The notes beneath the pieces were generated by a model. The model did no database searches. It was not told the origin of the DNA and saw only the letters and a program-made list of their open reading frames with translations. Made by a program: the position numbers and the translations under genes. A stretch of DNA of 64,000 nucleotides from assembly GCA_030390025.1 (NCBI GenBank), contig CM059428.1, positions 107,198,001 through 107,262,000 on the forward strand. Reading direction: 5' to 3'. Position 1 is the stretch's first letter. Every line of letters begins with the position of its first letter. This document shows positions 1 to 11,766 of this stretch, one piece after another. This DNA is from Squalus acanthias (taxonomy: Eukaryota).

Positions 1-186
1 CTGCAGACACATTGTTCTCTGTCTATATATACTTTGTAACCGATTTGTATTCCCTCACTGTACCTGACGAAGGAGCAGCGCTCCGAAAGCTCGTAATTTC
101 AAATAAAACTGTTGGACTATAACCTGGTGTTGTGCGACTTCTCATTTTTGTCCACCCCAGTCCAACACCGGCATCTCCGCATCATG
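1..186 (+). mobile_element. Penelope-type terminal repeat containing a hammerhead motif
   Basis: Highly similar to 11630-11765; CTGACGA...GAAA core followed by AATAAA and GTTGGACTATAACCTGGTGTTGTG. Confidence 0.7.
61..95 (+). ncRNA. Minimal type I hammerhead ribozyme motif
   Basis: Stem I UAC/GUA; CUGACGA; stem II GGAGC/GCUCC; GAAA; palindromic stem III AGCU; NUH = CUC. Confidence 0.65.
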
Positions 187-3100
187 ATCTTACTGAATGG
201 CGGAGCAGGCTCGAGGGGCCAAGTGGCCTATTCCTGCTCCTATTTCTTATGTTCTTAAGATGCGTTTGGGCGCAACGATCAATAGCTGGACATCAAAGAT
301 CGGAGAAATTCGGGCGTAGCGTAATTACGTGCGTAACACACTTGTGCCCGAGTTTGCTCGATATTTCACGTCGGTTCTTTACTTTACATCCTAATTGTGC
401 ATGTCTCTGGACGCAAATACGCAGGAAATTTGAGGCTCAACCTCCATTTTAAATCTTCTCAAAGCAGCCCAGCCAAGATTGTGAACTTTCCACATGGGGA
501 ATCGTGGGTGTAAGCTCATATTCTTTTACTGCGATATAGCTCATCAGCACACCAACGCACAGTAGTGCTGGCCTGCCTTTTGTCCTATGTCTATAAACAG
601 ATCCAACAGAAATGCATGTATGGAGAGCAAGTTGTGGTCTGGGCCTTTCTCCCACATAAAGTTTCTGTCTTATCGGAGGGAAATCCCCTGCTTGCACTTT
701 ACTTTCAGTTGCTTGAACCATGTAGAAGCCAGAATAAAACAAAGTAATGTTGAACAGTGAGGATGGTTTCAGTCAATTTTTTATTTCTTTATTTAAAGAT
801 TTTTAATAATTCCATTTCTACAGAAACTTCTCAGAGCAAATTTTCTTATAATGTAATTCCGTTAATCAACACTTAAGGTTTAAATATGACCAGAAGGAAA
901 GTTTTTTTGAAAAGTAGGTTCAATGCCATGTCCATTTCCTGTATACATAACTATAGCCAGGAAATTCCTGATTGCATGCAAATTGGGGGTAAATGGTGCA
1001 ATGCAAATACTTCTGCTGTCTGCGTGTGGCCTTTTATTGCTTATATTACATACACTGTGCGACCTCCCGCCCGCACAGTGGGCAGCCTGAGAGTGTTTGC
1101 ACAAGGTTCACCACCAGTCATTTCAAGAGCTCCAGCAGCCATTGGCTGTTGCTGAAGAGCAGTCTCCACAGTACAAACTGGTGCAACAAGCCTGGCGGCA
1201 GATGGCTATCAGAGGGAGTGCTGTCAACAACACCCAGAGGGCCTGGCCCCAAATGCACAACACCCAGAGGGCCTGGCTCCAAATGCACATGAAGATGACA
1301 GACCTGAAGAAATGAAGGCTATATAACAGCTTTTGATATCAAGGAACTCTCCAAAATACGCATGCCACAAAGTGTTTTCTGATAAACCAGTTACACTTGT
1401 ACAGTTGCACCATCCAAGAATTCATAAACCTTACAGTCCTTGAAATGCTCACGTGCATAGCCATACTGCAACAGGGCACAAATACAAGCTGCAATTTACA
1501 ATAGAAACTGTCGCAACACTGAAATCTAAAAGAGACTTCACGCTGCACAACCTTCCAATACGCCTAGCTGCAGGATGCATGTTCATCTAGTGACACAGGA
1601 TGGGCTGCATGATGAGCACAAGTGAGTCACTGTATGTGCACTTCAAACCTGCAAAGTCCCAAGACAACTTCTTTGCTAACAGAATGCACATTAACAGAAG
1701 GTAACAGACCCAAACTTGGCCTCAGAAATTTCAAGTACATGACTCCCTTTGAAGAGACCATGCTGGATGTCAGAGGCTATGAGAAGACAGAGGGAATAAG
1801 AGAGGATGAAACTAAAGGGCTCCTCCAAGCTGAGGGATCGTATCATCCTACTTTTGTTCCCCTACTCACTCATACAAAGGCATGCACTTAACCATAAAAA
1901 CATCACACGCAGTGTATTACAATCCCAGCACTGTTTGACTGTGTCTCTTGCAACCAACATTATAACATAGTGGAGTGGGACTAATTGGATAGTTCTACCA
2001 AAGAGTCAGCACAGGCACAATGGGCCGAATAGCCTCCTACTGTGCTGTATCATTCTATCATTCTATGTCCCTCTTCTATTTGTAGGCCTGGAGCAACAGC
2101 CTGTCAGCAGGCCCCAAGCAACCCTGCACCCTGAATCATTCTTACCAACTGTCACAAGCAGATGCCACACAGCCCTTGGACAATATAGTAACTTTGAGAA
2201 GGTGGTACCAAAAAAGTCGCAGTGCAAGCATGAGGAGAAGCAAGTACTGCTGGCAAACGCAGAGAGGGAACCTGCAAGCCTAGGGATTTGACTCACAAGG
2301 CCGCATATAAAAGGAGATTACTTTCTGAGCAAGATCATCTAATAAGTCACTTGAAGCTGTCAAAATTATTCTGCAAGGTTTTTGTACTTTAAATATACAA
2401 AAGGATCTTTGTCTGGCTTCAACATTCAATGCTGCTCTGAGGTCTATCCCTACATAGACAGCTGTGTAGGAAAAGTGGCCTTCTACTGAATTCAGGGAAA
2501 ATCAAAATGGTTAATATTAGAATCTGGGAGAGCGGAGACAAACAATGGAGTCAGTGTGAACACCAGATGTTCTTAATTAGAGGCCTGATGCTGGGTGTGC
2601 TAGCTTTGTCATGGTTACCGGTATGAATGGCTCACGCCATCTGATTAGATAAGAGAATAGCGAAGTCTTATTTATATCAGACAAAGGTGTCTCCTTATTT
2701 TGATTCTGACACTAGCAGAGCAGAAAGGTATGAGGCTCCTTATCAGAAGTTTGGTCTTTGTCAAACTAATTAAAATATGGCTATAGGTCATATTTTATAT
2801 TTGACGTGTTTGTCTAAACTGAATGACACCTTAAAATGGATCCATGTGACAGAATGGTTGGTCACTAATAATGATGTTCCCTGAAAGAGGATTTACCTTG
2901 TTAAATTAAAGCTATAAAAAGATCATACTTTACACACCCAAAACAGAAGGTTTGGCAAAGAGAATGCTAAAGAAAGTTGTAAAGAGCTTAGGAAGCAAGT
3001 CTTCTAAACTGAGAAAGTGTTATGAATGAAGGTTAATAATGTTGTGTTTAATCTGACAAAAGTAAACTTGTAAAGTGCATCACAACTGTTGTTAATATTT

Positions 3101-3675
3101 AACTACTTAAGTGTCTGAGTATACAGAGATTAAAGTAACCATATAACTACACGGACATACAACGCACAGTTAGTTAGGACAAGAAGATAACCAAAGGAAG
3201 ACCATATACAATGACTCACCACAGGCGTCCCGAGAGTTGAAGCTGAGCATTTGAGAGGAAGTTAAACAGCCAATGCCACACAACTAGCCTGATCTACTAA
3301 ACGGACAAAATTGTATCTCTGGGCTTATATCATACAGGAATCAAAAGATCAGTAAATACAAACTGTAAACATAACCTTGCTAAGTGTATGCTAATGTTAG
3401 ACATTGAATATAACTCTATTATACCGCAACCAAAGAGAATCCAGTTTTTGCTGAGATACTGTGACACACTTAAGCTTCATTTGTGCCTATAATTATTTAG
3501 ATTCAGTCAGTAAATGTTTACCTATGTATTTTATGTACTTCTCAATGCTTAACTTTGTGATGGTGTTAGTCACGTTATCAATGTGTCAAACAAAGTAATG
3601 TTAGTTAATGCATCTCTGTGTCTGACTTTGTTTTAAATGACTCCAGAAATTAGTAGTCACTTCACTCACAGCAAT

Positions 3676-4455
3676 AACTTGCATTTATAGAGAGTCTTTA
3701 ATGTAAAAGAAATCCCAAATCGCTTCAGAGAGGTGCAATCAAAAAATTGGACATCAAATCAGAGGAGAGAGTAGATGGAGTAATCCAAAGCGAGGTGAAA
3801 GAGGTGGGTATTAAGGAGGAGAGGTGGTGAGCTTTAGGGAGAGAACTCCGAAGTGTAGGCCCGAGACAGTCGAAGGCACGGTGGTCAACAGTGGGCGAAA
3901 GCAGGGGGATGCACAAGAAGCCAGAGGCAGAGGAACAGAGAACTTGAGGGAAGATGTAGGGTGTAAGCTGGTTACAGAGATAGGGAAGAGCAAAGTGATG
4001 AAGGATTTCAAAGTAACGGTGAGATTTGAAGGGGCGGGAGCCAGTGTAGGTCACTGGAGTGACGGGCAAGCAGGTCAGGATATAGGCAGCAGAGTTTTGG
4101 ATGAGCTGATGTTTACGGAGCGTGGGGGACGGAAGGCCAGCCAGAAGAGCATTGGAATAGTCGAGTCTGGAGGTGACAAAGCCATGGATGAAGGTTTCAA
4201 CGGCAGATCAGCTGAGGTAGGGGCGAAGGTTGGTGATGTTACAAAGGAGGAGGTAGGCGGTCTTTATGATGGAGAGTATATGCTGACGGAAGCTCAACTC
4301 AAGGTCGAATAGGTCACAAAGCCCAAGACAGGAGCCAGGAAGGAGGGTGGAATTGGTGGCAAGGGTACAGATTTTGTGGCAAGGGCTGAAAACGATGGCT
4401 TTGGTATTCCCAAATCTTAGCTGGAGAAAACTGGCTCATCCAAGACTGAATGGCA
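3676..4455 (-). mobile_element. L2-clade LINE 3' fragment (degenerate)
   Basis: Remnant L2 C-terminus ILHHFALPYLCNQL...RAFDCLGPTLRSSLPK; 3' tail ending ATAAATGCAAGTT. Confidence 0.75.
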
Positions 4456-5300
4456 GTGTTAGAGGAGGGATGCCATCCTCTTACTTATAAGTTACTCCTT
4501 AAAATAAGAGGCTTCACAGCATTACAAGTAGACATTCACAGCTTTATGAAGCATATGATAATAACTATTATTGACAATAATTAAACATACACTTAACAGT
4601 AGCACTTATGGCAAAGCCTTGCAAGTTCACCATAGAATTCACACACATTAACAGCTTTCAGCTCAATGTTTTCCAGGTTGATCAGACCTGAAATTCCGAG
4701 GAATCTCCCTCCCCCACCGCAGCACCCACTCTTTTATGCTCTTTTTTTGAATCCTGTTATGTTTCAGCATAACATAATCTTTCTTCCATGTCCCTTATCA
4801 ATAATTTCAGTTTTATACATCCTGATTGATCTGTCAGTCAAATCTTGAGGCTGAAGTCAGTTACAGAAATTCATGAACAACAAAGGCCTTCTAACAATCT
4901 GTGAGGATGTTACTTTTCAAACATCCTAGGCCCTATTCTTTTGACAGATGTAGCCTTCGGATGCAGCTGTTTATGTCTGATCAATACAACCCTTTCCTGC
5001 CACCTTCAGATATCTAACCATCATAAAAATGTCACATATCTCCTGTGTCCCTGTGAAGTTGAAAAACGAATAGCTTGCAAGATGCTGCGTTGTCTACACA
5101 AGCACTCAGGCCTATAAACTCTCAAGGTCTTGTTACAGATCTGTTTATATCAAAGAGATAATTAAGCTGCTAGTGACATCAACTACACCACCATCTGATT
5201 AACCTTTTCCGAAGAGCTGACATGCAGTCTGACAGCTCAGATGCAGTGGAAGGGTCAAGAGGGATGGTGGAGTGGTAGAACTGGGTGATATCAGCGTAAG

Positions 5301-5732
5301 TGTCAGCCATGGCTCAGTAGGTAGCACACTCACCTTCGAGTCAGAAGGTTGTGGGTTCGAGTCGCACTCCACGGACTTGAGCACAAAAAAAAAAATCTAG
5401 GCTGACACTCCAGTGCAGTGTTGAGGGAGTGCTGCATTGTCGGAGGTGCCGTCTTTCGGATGAGACGTTAAACCAAGGCCCTGTCTGCTCCCTCAGGTGG
5501 ACGCAAGAGATCTTACGGCACTATTTCGAAGAAGAGCAGAGGAGTTATCCCCGGTGTCCTGGCCAATATTTATCCCTCAATCAATAACACTAACACAGTT
5601 TATCTGGTCATTATCACATTGCTGTTCGTGCGAGCAAATTGGCTACCACGTTTCCTACATTATAACAGTGACTACACTTCAAAAAGTACTTCATTGGCTA
5701 TAAAGCGCTTTGGGACGTCTGGTGGTTGTGAA
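5301..5732 (+). mobile_element. tRNA-derived DeuSINE (SacSINE1-like)
   Basis: Box A TGGCTCAGTAGG, box B GGTTCGAGTC, Deu-like core GGAGGTGCCGTCTTTCGGATGAGACGTTAAACC, tail AAAGCGCTTTGGGACGTC; three similar copies in the window. Confidence 0.85.
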
Positions 5733-5926
5733 TAGATCCCTCGGGGACTCCGAAAGCAACGATGCAGGGTGAGAAGAGAAGCCATTGCGGAGATGCTCTA
5801 GCCACTCAGTAGTCTAATGTGTTCCCATTGTGACGGGTTTGATTTGTGTAACTGTTATTTTACAACTAACAGATGGTTCAAAAGCAAGTTATAATTTCAG
5901 ACATCTTATAACCATTACACGTGAAT

Positions 5927-6364
5927 TGTCAGCCTTGGCTCAGTGGTAGCACTCTCAGCTGTGAGTCAGGTGGTCGTGCATTCAAGCCCCAGTCCAGAGA
6001 CTTGAGCACATAATCCAAGATGACACCTGTTCCGTACTGAGAGGGTGCTGCACTGTCGAAGGTGCCGCCTTTCAGATGAGACATTAAACCGAGGTCCCAT
6101 CTACCCTCTTAGATGAACATGGTACTATCCAAAGAGCAGGGGAGTTCTCGCAGTGCTTTGGCCAATATCTATCCCTCAACCTACATCACTAAAACAGATT
6201 GTCTGGTCATTGTCTCATAGCTTTTTATGGGACCTTGCTGTGCTCAAAATTGGCTGCCACGTTTCCCCACATCAACTTTATTTCAAAAGTAATTAATTGA
6301 CTGTAAAGCGCTACGGGACGTCATGAGGTCACGAAAGGTGCTAAAAAAAATGCAAGTTCTTTCA
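5927..6364 (+). mobile_element. tRNA-derived DeuSINE, second copy
   Basis: Colinear with 5301-5732, about 200 bp downstream of it; tail ...AAATGCAAGTTCTTTC. Confidence 0.85.
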
Positions 6365-6439
6365 TAATACCCAGCTTTTCCCCCATTCAAAGTATTACTT
6401 TTATTTTTTAACCAAAATATACCACCTCACTTTTACTAT

Positions 6440-6640
6440 GGGAAGGGGAAGGGAAACGGAGGGGGAAGGGGAAGGAAAACGGAGGGGGAAGGGGAAGGAA
6501 TCTGGGAAAGGAAAAATAGTAGAAAGGGGCAGGAATAGTGGGAAGGCGATGAAATAGAGGAAGGAGTTGTAATTGGGGGAAGGGTAAGGAAGAGTGGGAA
6601 AACGCAAGAGGGGGAAGGGAATGACGGGGAAGGTGAAGAG
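6440..6640 (+). repeat. Polypurine (GA-rich) low-complexity tract
   Basis: Nearly pure G/A with repeated GGGGAAGGGGAAGG; matches the G3+N1-7 quadruplex pattern at about 6440-6495. Confidence 0.8.
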
Positions 6641-6839
6641 GGTGTTCTTTTGCATTTCCACGTAATTTGAAAATATACAAGAATGAATTTTAACAGCTTT
6701 ATTCAGGTTAAGTTTAACTCTTTAGCTATTTTAAATGTTCAGTTAGGCACGTGAGCTGTGGCCATATCCCAGGACTACTTCCTGAAGCTTCAAATTTTCT
6801 TTTGGGTTTTTTTGTGCTCCTTAAGCTGAGAGATGTTGT

Positions 6840-7746
6840 TGCTGGGGAATGGAACTCTTGCCATTGCTGGGGAATGGAACTCTTGCCATTGCTGGGGAAT
6901 GGAACTCTTGCCATTGCTGGGGAATGGAACTCTTGCCATTGCTGGGGAATGGAACTCTTGCCATTGCTGGGGAATGGAACTCTTGCCATTGCTGGGGAAT
7001 GGAACTCTTGCCATTGCTGGGGAATGGAACTCTTGCCATTGCTGGGGAATGGAACTCTTGCCATTGCTGGGGAATGGAACTCTTGCCATTGCTGGGGAAT
7101 GGAACTCTTGCCATTGCTGGGGAATGGAACTCTTGCCATTGCTGGGGAATGGAACTCTTGCCATTGCTGGGGAATGGAACTCTTGCCATTGCTGGGGAAT
7201 GGAACTCTTGCCATTGCTGGGGAATGGAACTCTTGCCATTGCTGGGGAATGGAACTCTTGCCATTGCTGGGGAATGGAACTCTTGCCATTGCTGGGGAAT
7301 GGAACTCTTGCCATTGCTGGGGAATGGAACTCTTGCCATTGCTGGGGAATGGAACTCTTGCCATTGCTGGGGAATGGAACTCTTGCCATTGCTGGGGAAT
7401 GGAACTCTTGCCATTGCTGGGGAATGGAACTCTTGCCATTGCTGGGGAATGGAACTCTTGCCATTGCTGGGGAATGGAACTCTTGCCATTGCTGGGGAAT
7501 GGAACTCTTGCCATTGCTGGGGAATGGAACTCTTGCCATTGCTGGGGAATGGAACTCTTGCCATTGCTGGGGAATGGAACTCTTGCCATTGCTGGGGAAT
7601 GGAACTCTTGCCATTGCTGGGGAATGGAACTCTTGCCATTGCTGGGGAATGGAACTCTTGCCATTGCTGGGGAATGGAACTCTTGCCATTTCTGGGGAAT
7701 GGAACTCTTGCCATTTCTGGGGAATGGAACTCTTGCCATTTCTGGG
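6840..7746. repeat. 25-bp minisatellite (TGCTGGGGAATGGAACTCTTGCCAT), about 36 copies
   Basis: Near-perfect tandem units read directly; the last units carry a G>T variant (TTCTGG). Confidence 0.98.
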
Positions 7747-8029
7747 ACTCGGGATCAGCACCAAGCACTCCCAAATCAGCAAGCTAGCTGTAGAATAAAG
7801 TGCTTTCTATCCCAATAACATGCTTTAGCCCCAAATTAAGAACAGCACCCTCTCCTGCAACAGAGTGACAATTTTCCATTCTCACAACAGCAACCCTTTG
7901 ACCTCTGAGTGGCGTTGCCAGTTAGTGTCGAATTAGGGACCATTTTGGGCTGTAGGCCACGCCCATCGTTACATTTAACCGTTTTACTCTGGACATTTTT
8001 AGCTTCCATGTTTCAGACTACTTGCAGAG

Positions 8030-9315
8030 GTGAATCATAACTGGGCCTGCGGCAAGTGGTGAGAGAACCAGCATGAGGGGAAAACCTACTTGACCTTGTC
8101 CTCACCAATCTACCTGTCGCAGATGCATCTGTCCATGATAGCATTAATAGCAGTGACCACCGCACAGTCCTTGTGGAGACGAAGTCCAGTCTTCACACTG
8201 AGGACACCCTCCATCGTGTTGTGTGGCACTACCACCGTGCTAAATGGGATAGATTCAGAACTGATCTAGCAACTCAAACCTGGGCATCCATGAGGCGCTG
8301 TGGGCCTTCAGCAGCAACAGAATTGTATTCCACCACAATCTGCAACGTCATTGGCCCGGCATATCCCTCACTCTACCATTACCATCAAACCAGGGGACCA
8401 ACCCTGGTTCAATGACAAGTGTAGAAGAGCAGGCCAGGAGCAGCACCAGGCGTACCTAAAAATTAGGTGCCAACTTGTTGAAGCTGCAACACAGGACTAC
8501 ATGCATGCTAAAAAGCGGAAGCAGCATGCTGTAGACAGAGCTAAGTGATCCCACAATCAACGGATCAGATCAAAGCTCTGCAGTCCTGCCACATCCAGTC
8601 GTGAATGGTGGTGGATAATTAAACAACTAACGGGAGGAGGATCCATGAACATCCCCATCCTCAATGATGGTGGAGCCCAGCACGCACGTGCAAAAGACAA
8701 GGCTGAAACATTTGCAACCATCTTCAGCCAGAAGTGCCGAGTGGATGATACATATCGGCCTACTCCTGAGGTCCTCACCATCACAGAAGCCAGTCTTCAG
8801 TCAATTCTATTCACTCCACGTGATATCAAGAAGCGGCTGAGTGCACTGGATACGCAAAGGCTATAGGCTCAAGAAGTTCGACACCATCCAGGACAAAGCA
8901 GCCGGCTTGATTGGCACCCCATCCACCACCTTAAACATTCACTCCTCCACCACCGGCACACCGTGGCTGCAGTGTGTACCATCTACAAGATGCACTGCAG
9001 CAACTCGCCAAGGCTTCTCCGGCAGCACCTCCCAAACCCGCGGCCGCTACCAACTGGGCAGCAGATGCATAGGAACACCATCACGTCCAAATTCCCCTCC
9101 AAGTCACACACCATCCTGACTTAGAAATATATCGCTGATCCTTCATCGTCACTGGGTCAAAATCCTGGAACTCCCTCCCTAACAGCACTGTGGGAGTACC
9201 TTCACCACACGGACTGCAGCGGCTCACCACCACCTTCTCAAGGGCAATTAGGGATGGGCAATAAATGCTGGCCTTGCCAGTGACGCCCACATCCCAGGAA
9301 CGAATTTAAAAAAAA
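8030..9315 (+). mobile_element. CR1/L2-group LINE fragment with internal deletion of the RT core
   Basis: End of APE domain (LDLVLTN, SDH), WHYHRAKWDRFRTDL, PWFND linker, then a jump at about 8866 to the C-terminus/3'UTR and an A-rich tail. Confidence 0.75.
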
Positions 9316-9689
9316 CTCCCTACACTCTCAAGTATGCTTTCACTTTCTCTGATATCTAGGCAACTTATTGTAAAGCAATTTTTTTTTTTCAAACTCATTT
9401 CAGCTTTCGGTTTGATCCTGTGCCTCCAGAGAGACTACCTTGTCTGGAGAAGGCAGCTGAATAAGAATACACGCTAACTTCGATTAGGCTTTAAGTGCAA
9501 AACATATTTATTAAATAGTAATAGCACAAACAAAATGAAGCAATTACAAAGGGTTTTACAGTCGTCAAATTTTGTTAGCTCCTCATAGTAAAAAAAAATT
9601 CACAACTCTTGTGCTAAACTGTACTGAAATCAGTTTTCTTACATATTGATTCCTTTTCCATCTCTCTAGTTTCCCTCCTGTCTCACCTA

Positions 9690-10792
9690 ATGCCCTTCCC
9701 AGCTCATCTCATCCATGAGACCCACCTCCGCTCCCATAACCCCATTTCAACTAAAGGGCTGACCACCCAAATTCGGTTCCTGGCCCCCATGCTACTTGAC
9801 ATTGTAAATGGTTCCCTCTCATCAGGCACACTAACTCTCCCTTTCAAAACCACCAAAATCACCCCCTACTCAAAAACCTCACCCTCAAACCCTCTATCCT
9901 TGTAAATATTCACCCCATCTCACACCTCCCTTCCTCTTCAAAGTCCTCAAAAGTGTTGTCCTCTCCCAAATCTCTCCCATAATTCCTTGTTTGAATCTTT
10001 TCCAATCAGCTTTCTGCCCCTCCCATAGCACCAAAACAGCCCCAACGCAAGTCATAAACAACATTGTCTACGACTGTGACCGTGGTGCATTATTCCTCTC
10101 TCCTTGTCCTTCTCAACCTCCCTGCAGCCTTTGACACGGTCAACCACACCATCCTCCTCCAATGCTTCTCCTGCATTGTTCAGCTCAGTGGGACTGCCCT
10201 CCAAATGGTTCTACTCACCAATCTGAGAATAGCAAGAGCATCTCCACCCCCATACCATTACCTCTAGAGATCCCCAAGGATCTATCCTCGGCTCCTCCTC
10301 TTCCTCATATACATGCTGCCCCTTGGTGATACCACTCGCAGACATGGGGTCAGCTTCCACAGGTACGTTGACAGCAGCCAGCTCTACCACCTCCCTCGAC
10401 CTGTCCACCGCCTCTGCATTATCAGACTGCTTGTCCGATATCCAGCCTTAGAGGAGCCACTATTTTCTCCAGCTAAACACTGGGAAGACCGAAGCCACCG
10501 TCTTTGCAACCCACCATAATTTACGCCCCTTGCCACCAATTCCATTTCCCTCCCCAGCCACTGTCTCAAGGCTGAGCCAAGCTGTTTGCAGCCTAGACGT
10601 CTTATTGGAGTCGAGAGAGATCCGACCCCAAATCTTCTCCATCACAAAGACCGCCCACTTTCACCTGTGTCATTACCTCAGCTGCTGAAACCCTCATCCA
10701 GACTTTTGTCACCTCCAGACTCAATGATTACAAAGTTCTCTTGGCTGGCCTCCCATCCTCCACCCTCCGTAGACCACAGCGCATCCAAAACT
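9690..10792 (+). mobile_element. L2-clade LINE RT fragment (frameshifted)
   Basis: LLVLLNLPAAFDTVNHTILL, PQGSILG-like and FHRYVDSSQLY (decayed YADD) motifs in different frames. Confidence 0.8.
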
Positions 10793-10840
10793 GTATTATT
10801 TTTACAATTTTGTAAGTCACAATAGACCTGAATGCTTTTG

Positions 10841-11258
10841 GTCAGCCATGGCTCAGTTGGTAGTATTCTCACTTCTGAGTAAGAAGGTTGTGGGTTCAAG
10901 TCCCACTCCAGAGACTTGAGCACGAAAATCTAAGCTGACGCTCCAGTGCAGTACTGAGAGAGTGCTGCACTATCAGAGGTGCTGTCTTTCAGATGAGACA
11001 TTAAACTGAGGTCCCGTCTGCTCTCTCAGGTAGATGTAAAAGATCCCATAGCACTATTTCGAAGAGGAGCAGGGGAGTTAACCCCGGTGTCCTGGCCAAT
11101 ATTTATCCCTCAATCAACATCACTAAAACAGATTATCTAGTCATTATTCACATTGCTGTTTGTGGGAGCTTGCTGTGCACAAATTAGCTGCCGCGTTTCT
11201 TACCTTACAACAGTCCTGAAGTCGTGAAAGGCGCTATATAAATTCAAGTCTTTCTTTT
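10841..11258 (+). mobile_element. tRNA-derived DeuSINE, third copy
   Basis: Same head, core and tail; short internal deletion near 11215; tail GAAAGGCGCTATATAAATTCAAGTCTTTC. Confidence 0.85.
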
Positions 11259-11539
11259 TAAGCCATGGGTGTCCAAACTTTTGTCTTTGTGGGCCACAGT
11301 GGTGCATACCATGGAGTCTCAGAAGCCACTTATGAACTTTAATCGATGTTCCTATTAATATGTAAATATCTCAAGTTGCTGATACTGACAGGAATATTGT
11401 CACGATACAGAACGTGACTGGACATCATGGCCGGTCTTCCCAGGTGTTTTTTTTTAAAAAAAGGCTAACACAAGAACCTACACAGATTGACAGGATATGC
11501 AGCCAGCAGGTGGTTTGACACGTTGGACCCCCTGGGACA

Positions 11540-11766
11540 CATCTCATTGTCTTGGCTATGCTCTTTGATGTGGGAAAGATTTGAATATATTTTGTCTGTG
11601 TTTAAATTGTGAATTCTGGGAGATTCTCTCACTGCTAAACTTACCTGACGAAGGAGCGAACTGCTCCGAAAGCTTGTAAAATTAAATAAATCTGTTGGAC
11701 TATAACCTGGTGTTGTGCGACTTCTCATTTTTGTCCACCCCAGTCCAACGCCGGCATCTCCACATC
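11540..11766 (+). mobile_element. Penelope-type terminal repeat containing a hammerhead motif, second copy
   Basis: About 125 bp nearly identical to positions 61-185. Confidence 0.7.
11641..11679 (+). ncRNA. Minimal type I hammerhead ribozyme motif
   Basis: Stem I UUAC/GUAA; CUGACGA; stem II GGAGC/GCUCC; GAAA; AGCU; NUH = CUU. Confidence 0.65.

Noticed and set aside
2440-3660. Possible Gypsy/LTR integrase remnant
   Set aside because: Only a vague compositional resemblance; no motif I can support without a search
3824-4312. 162-aa plus-strand ORF
   Set aside because: Antisense frame of a decayed L2 element
5305-5375. tRNA genes (also at about 5935 and 10850)
   Set aside because: tRNA-like heads are fused to a SINE body and tail; no complete cloverleaf is evident
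6840-7746. CRISPR-like array
   Set aside because: Units are contiguous with no unique spacers, there are no cas genes and the context is eukaryotic; the same applies to the 34-bp array
6726-7818. Six long ORFs (312-355 aa) over the 25-bp repeat
   Set aside because: They arise because the repeat unit lacks stop codons; all frames give the same rotated peptide, with no splice or domain evidence
11264-11534. hAT-Charlie-like MITE (and a similar one at 13550-13638)
   Set aside because: TIR-like ends are present but imperfect and there is no matching 8-bp TSD, so it was not called as a feature
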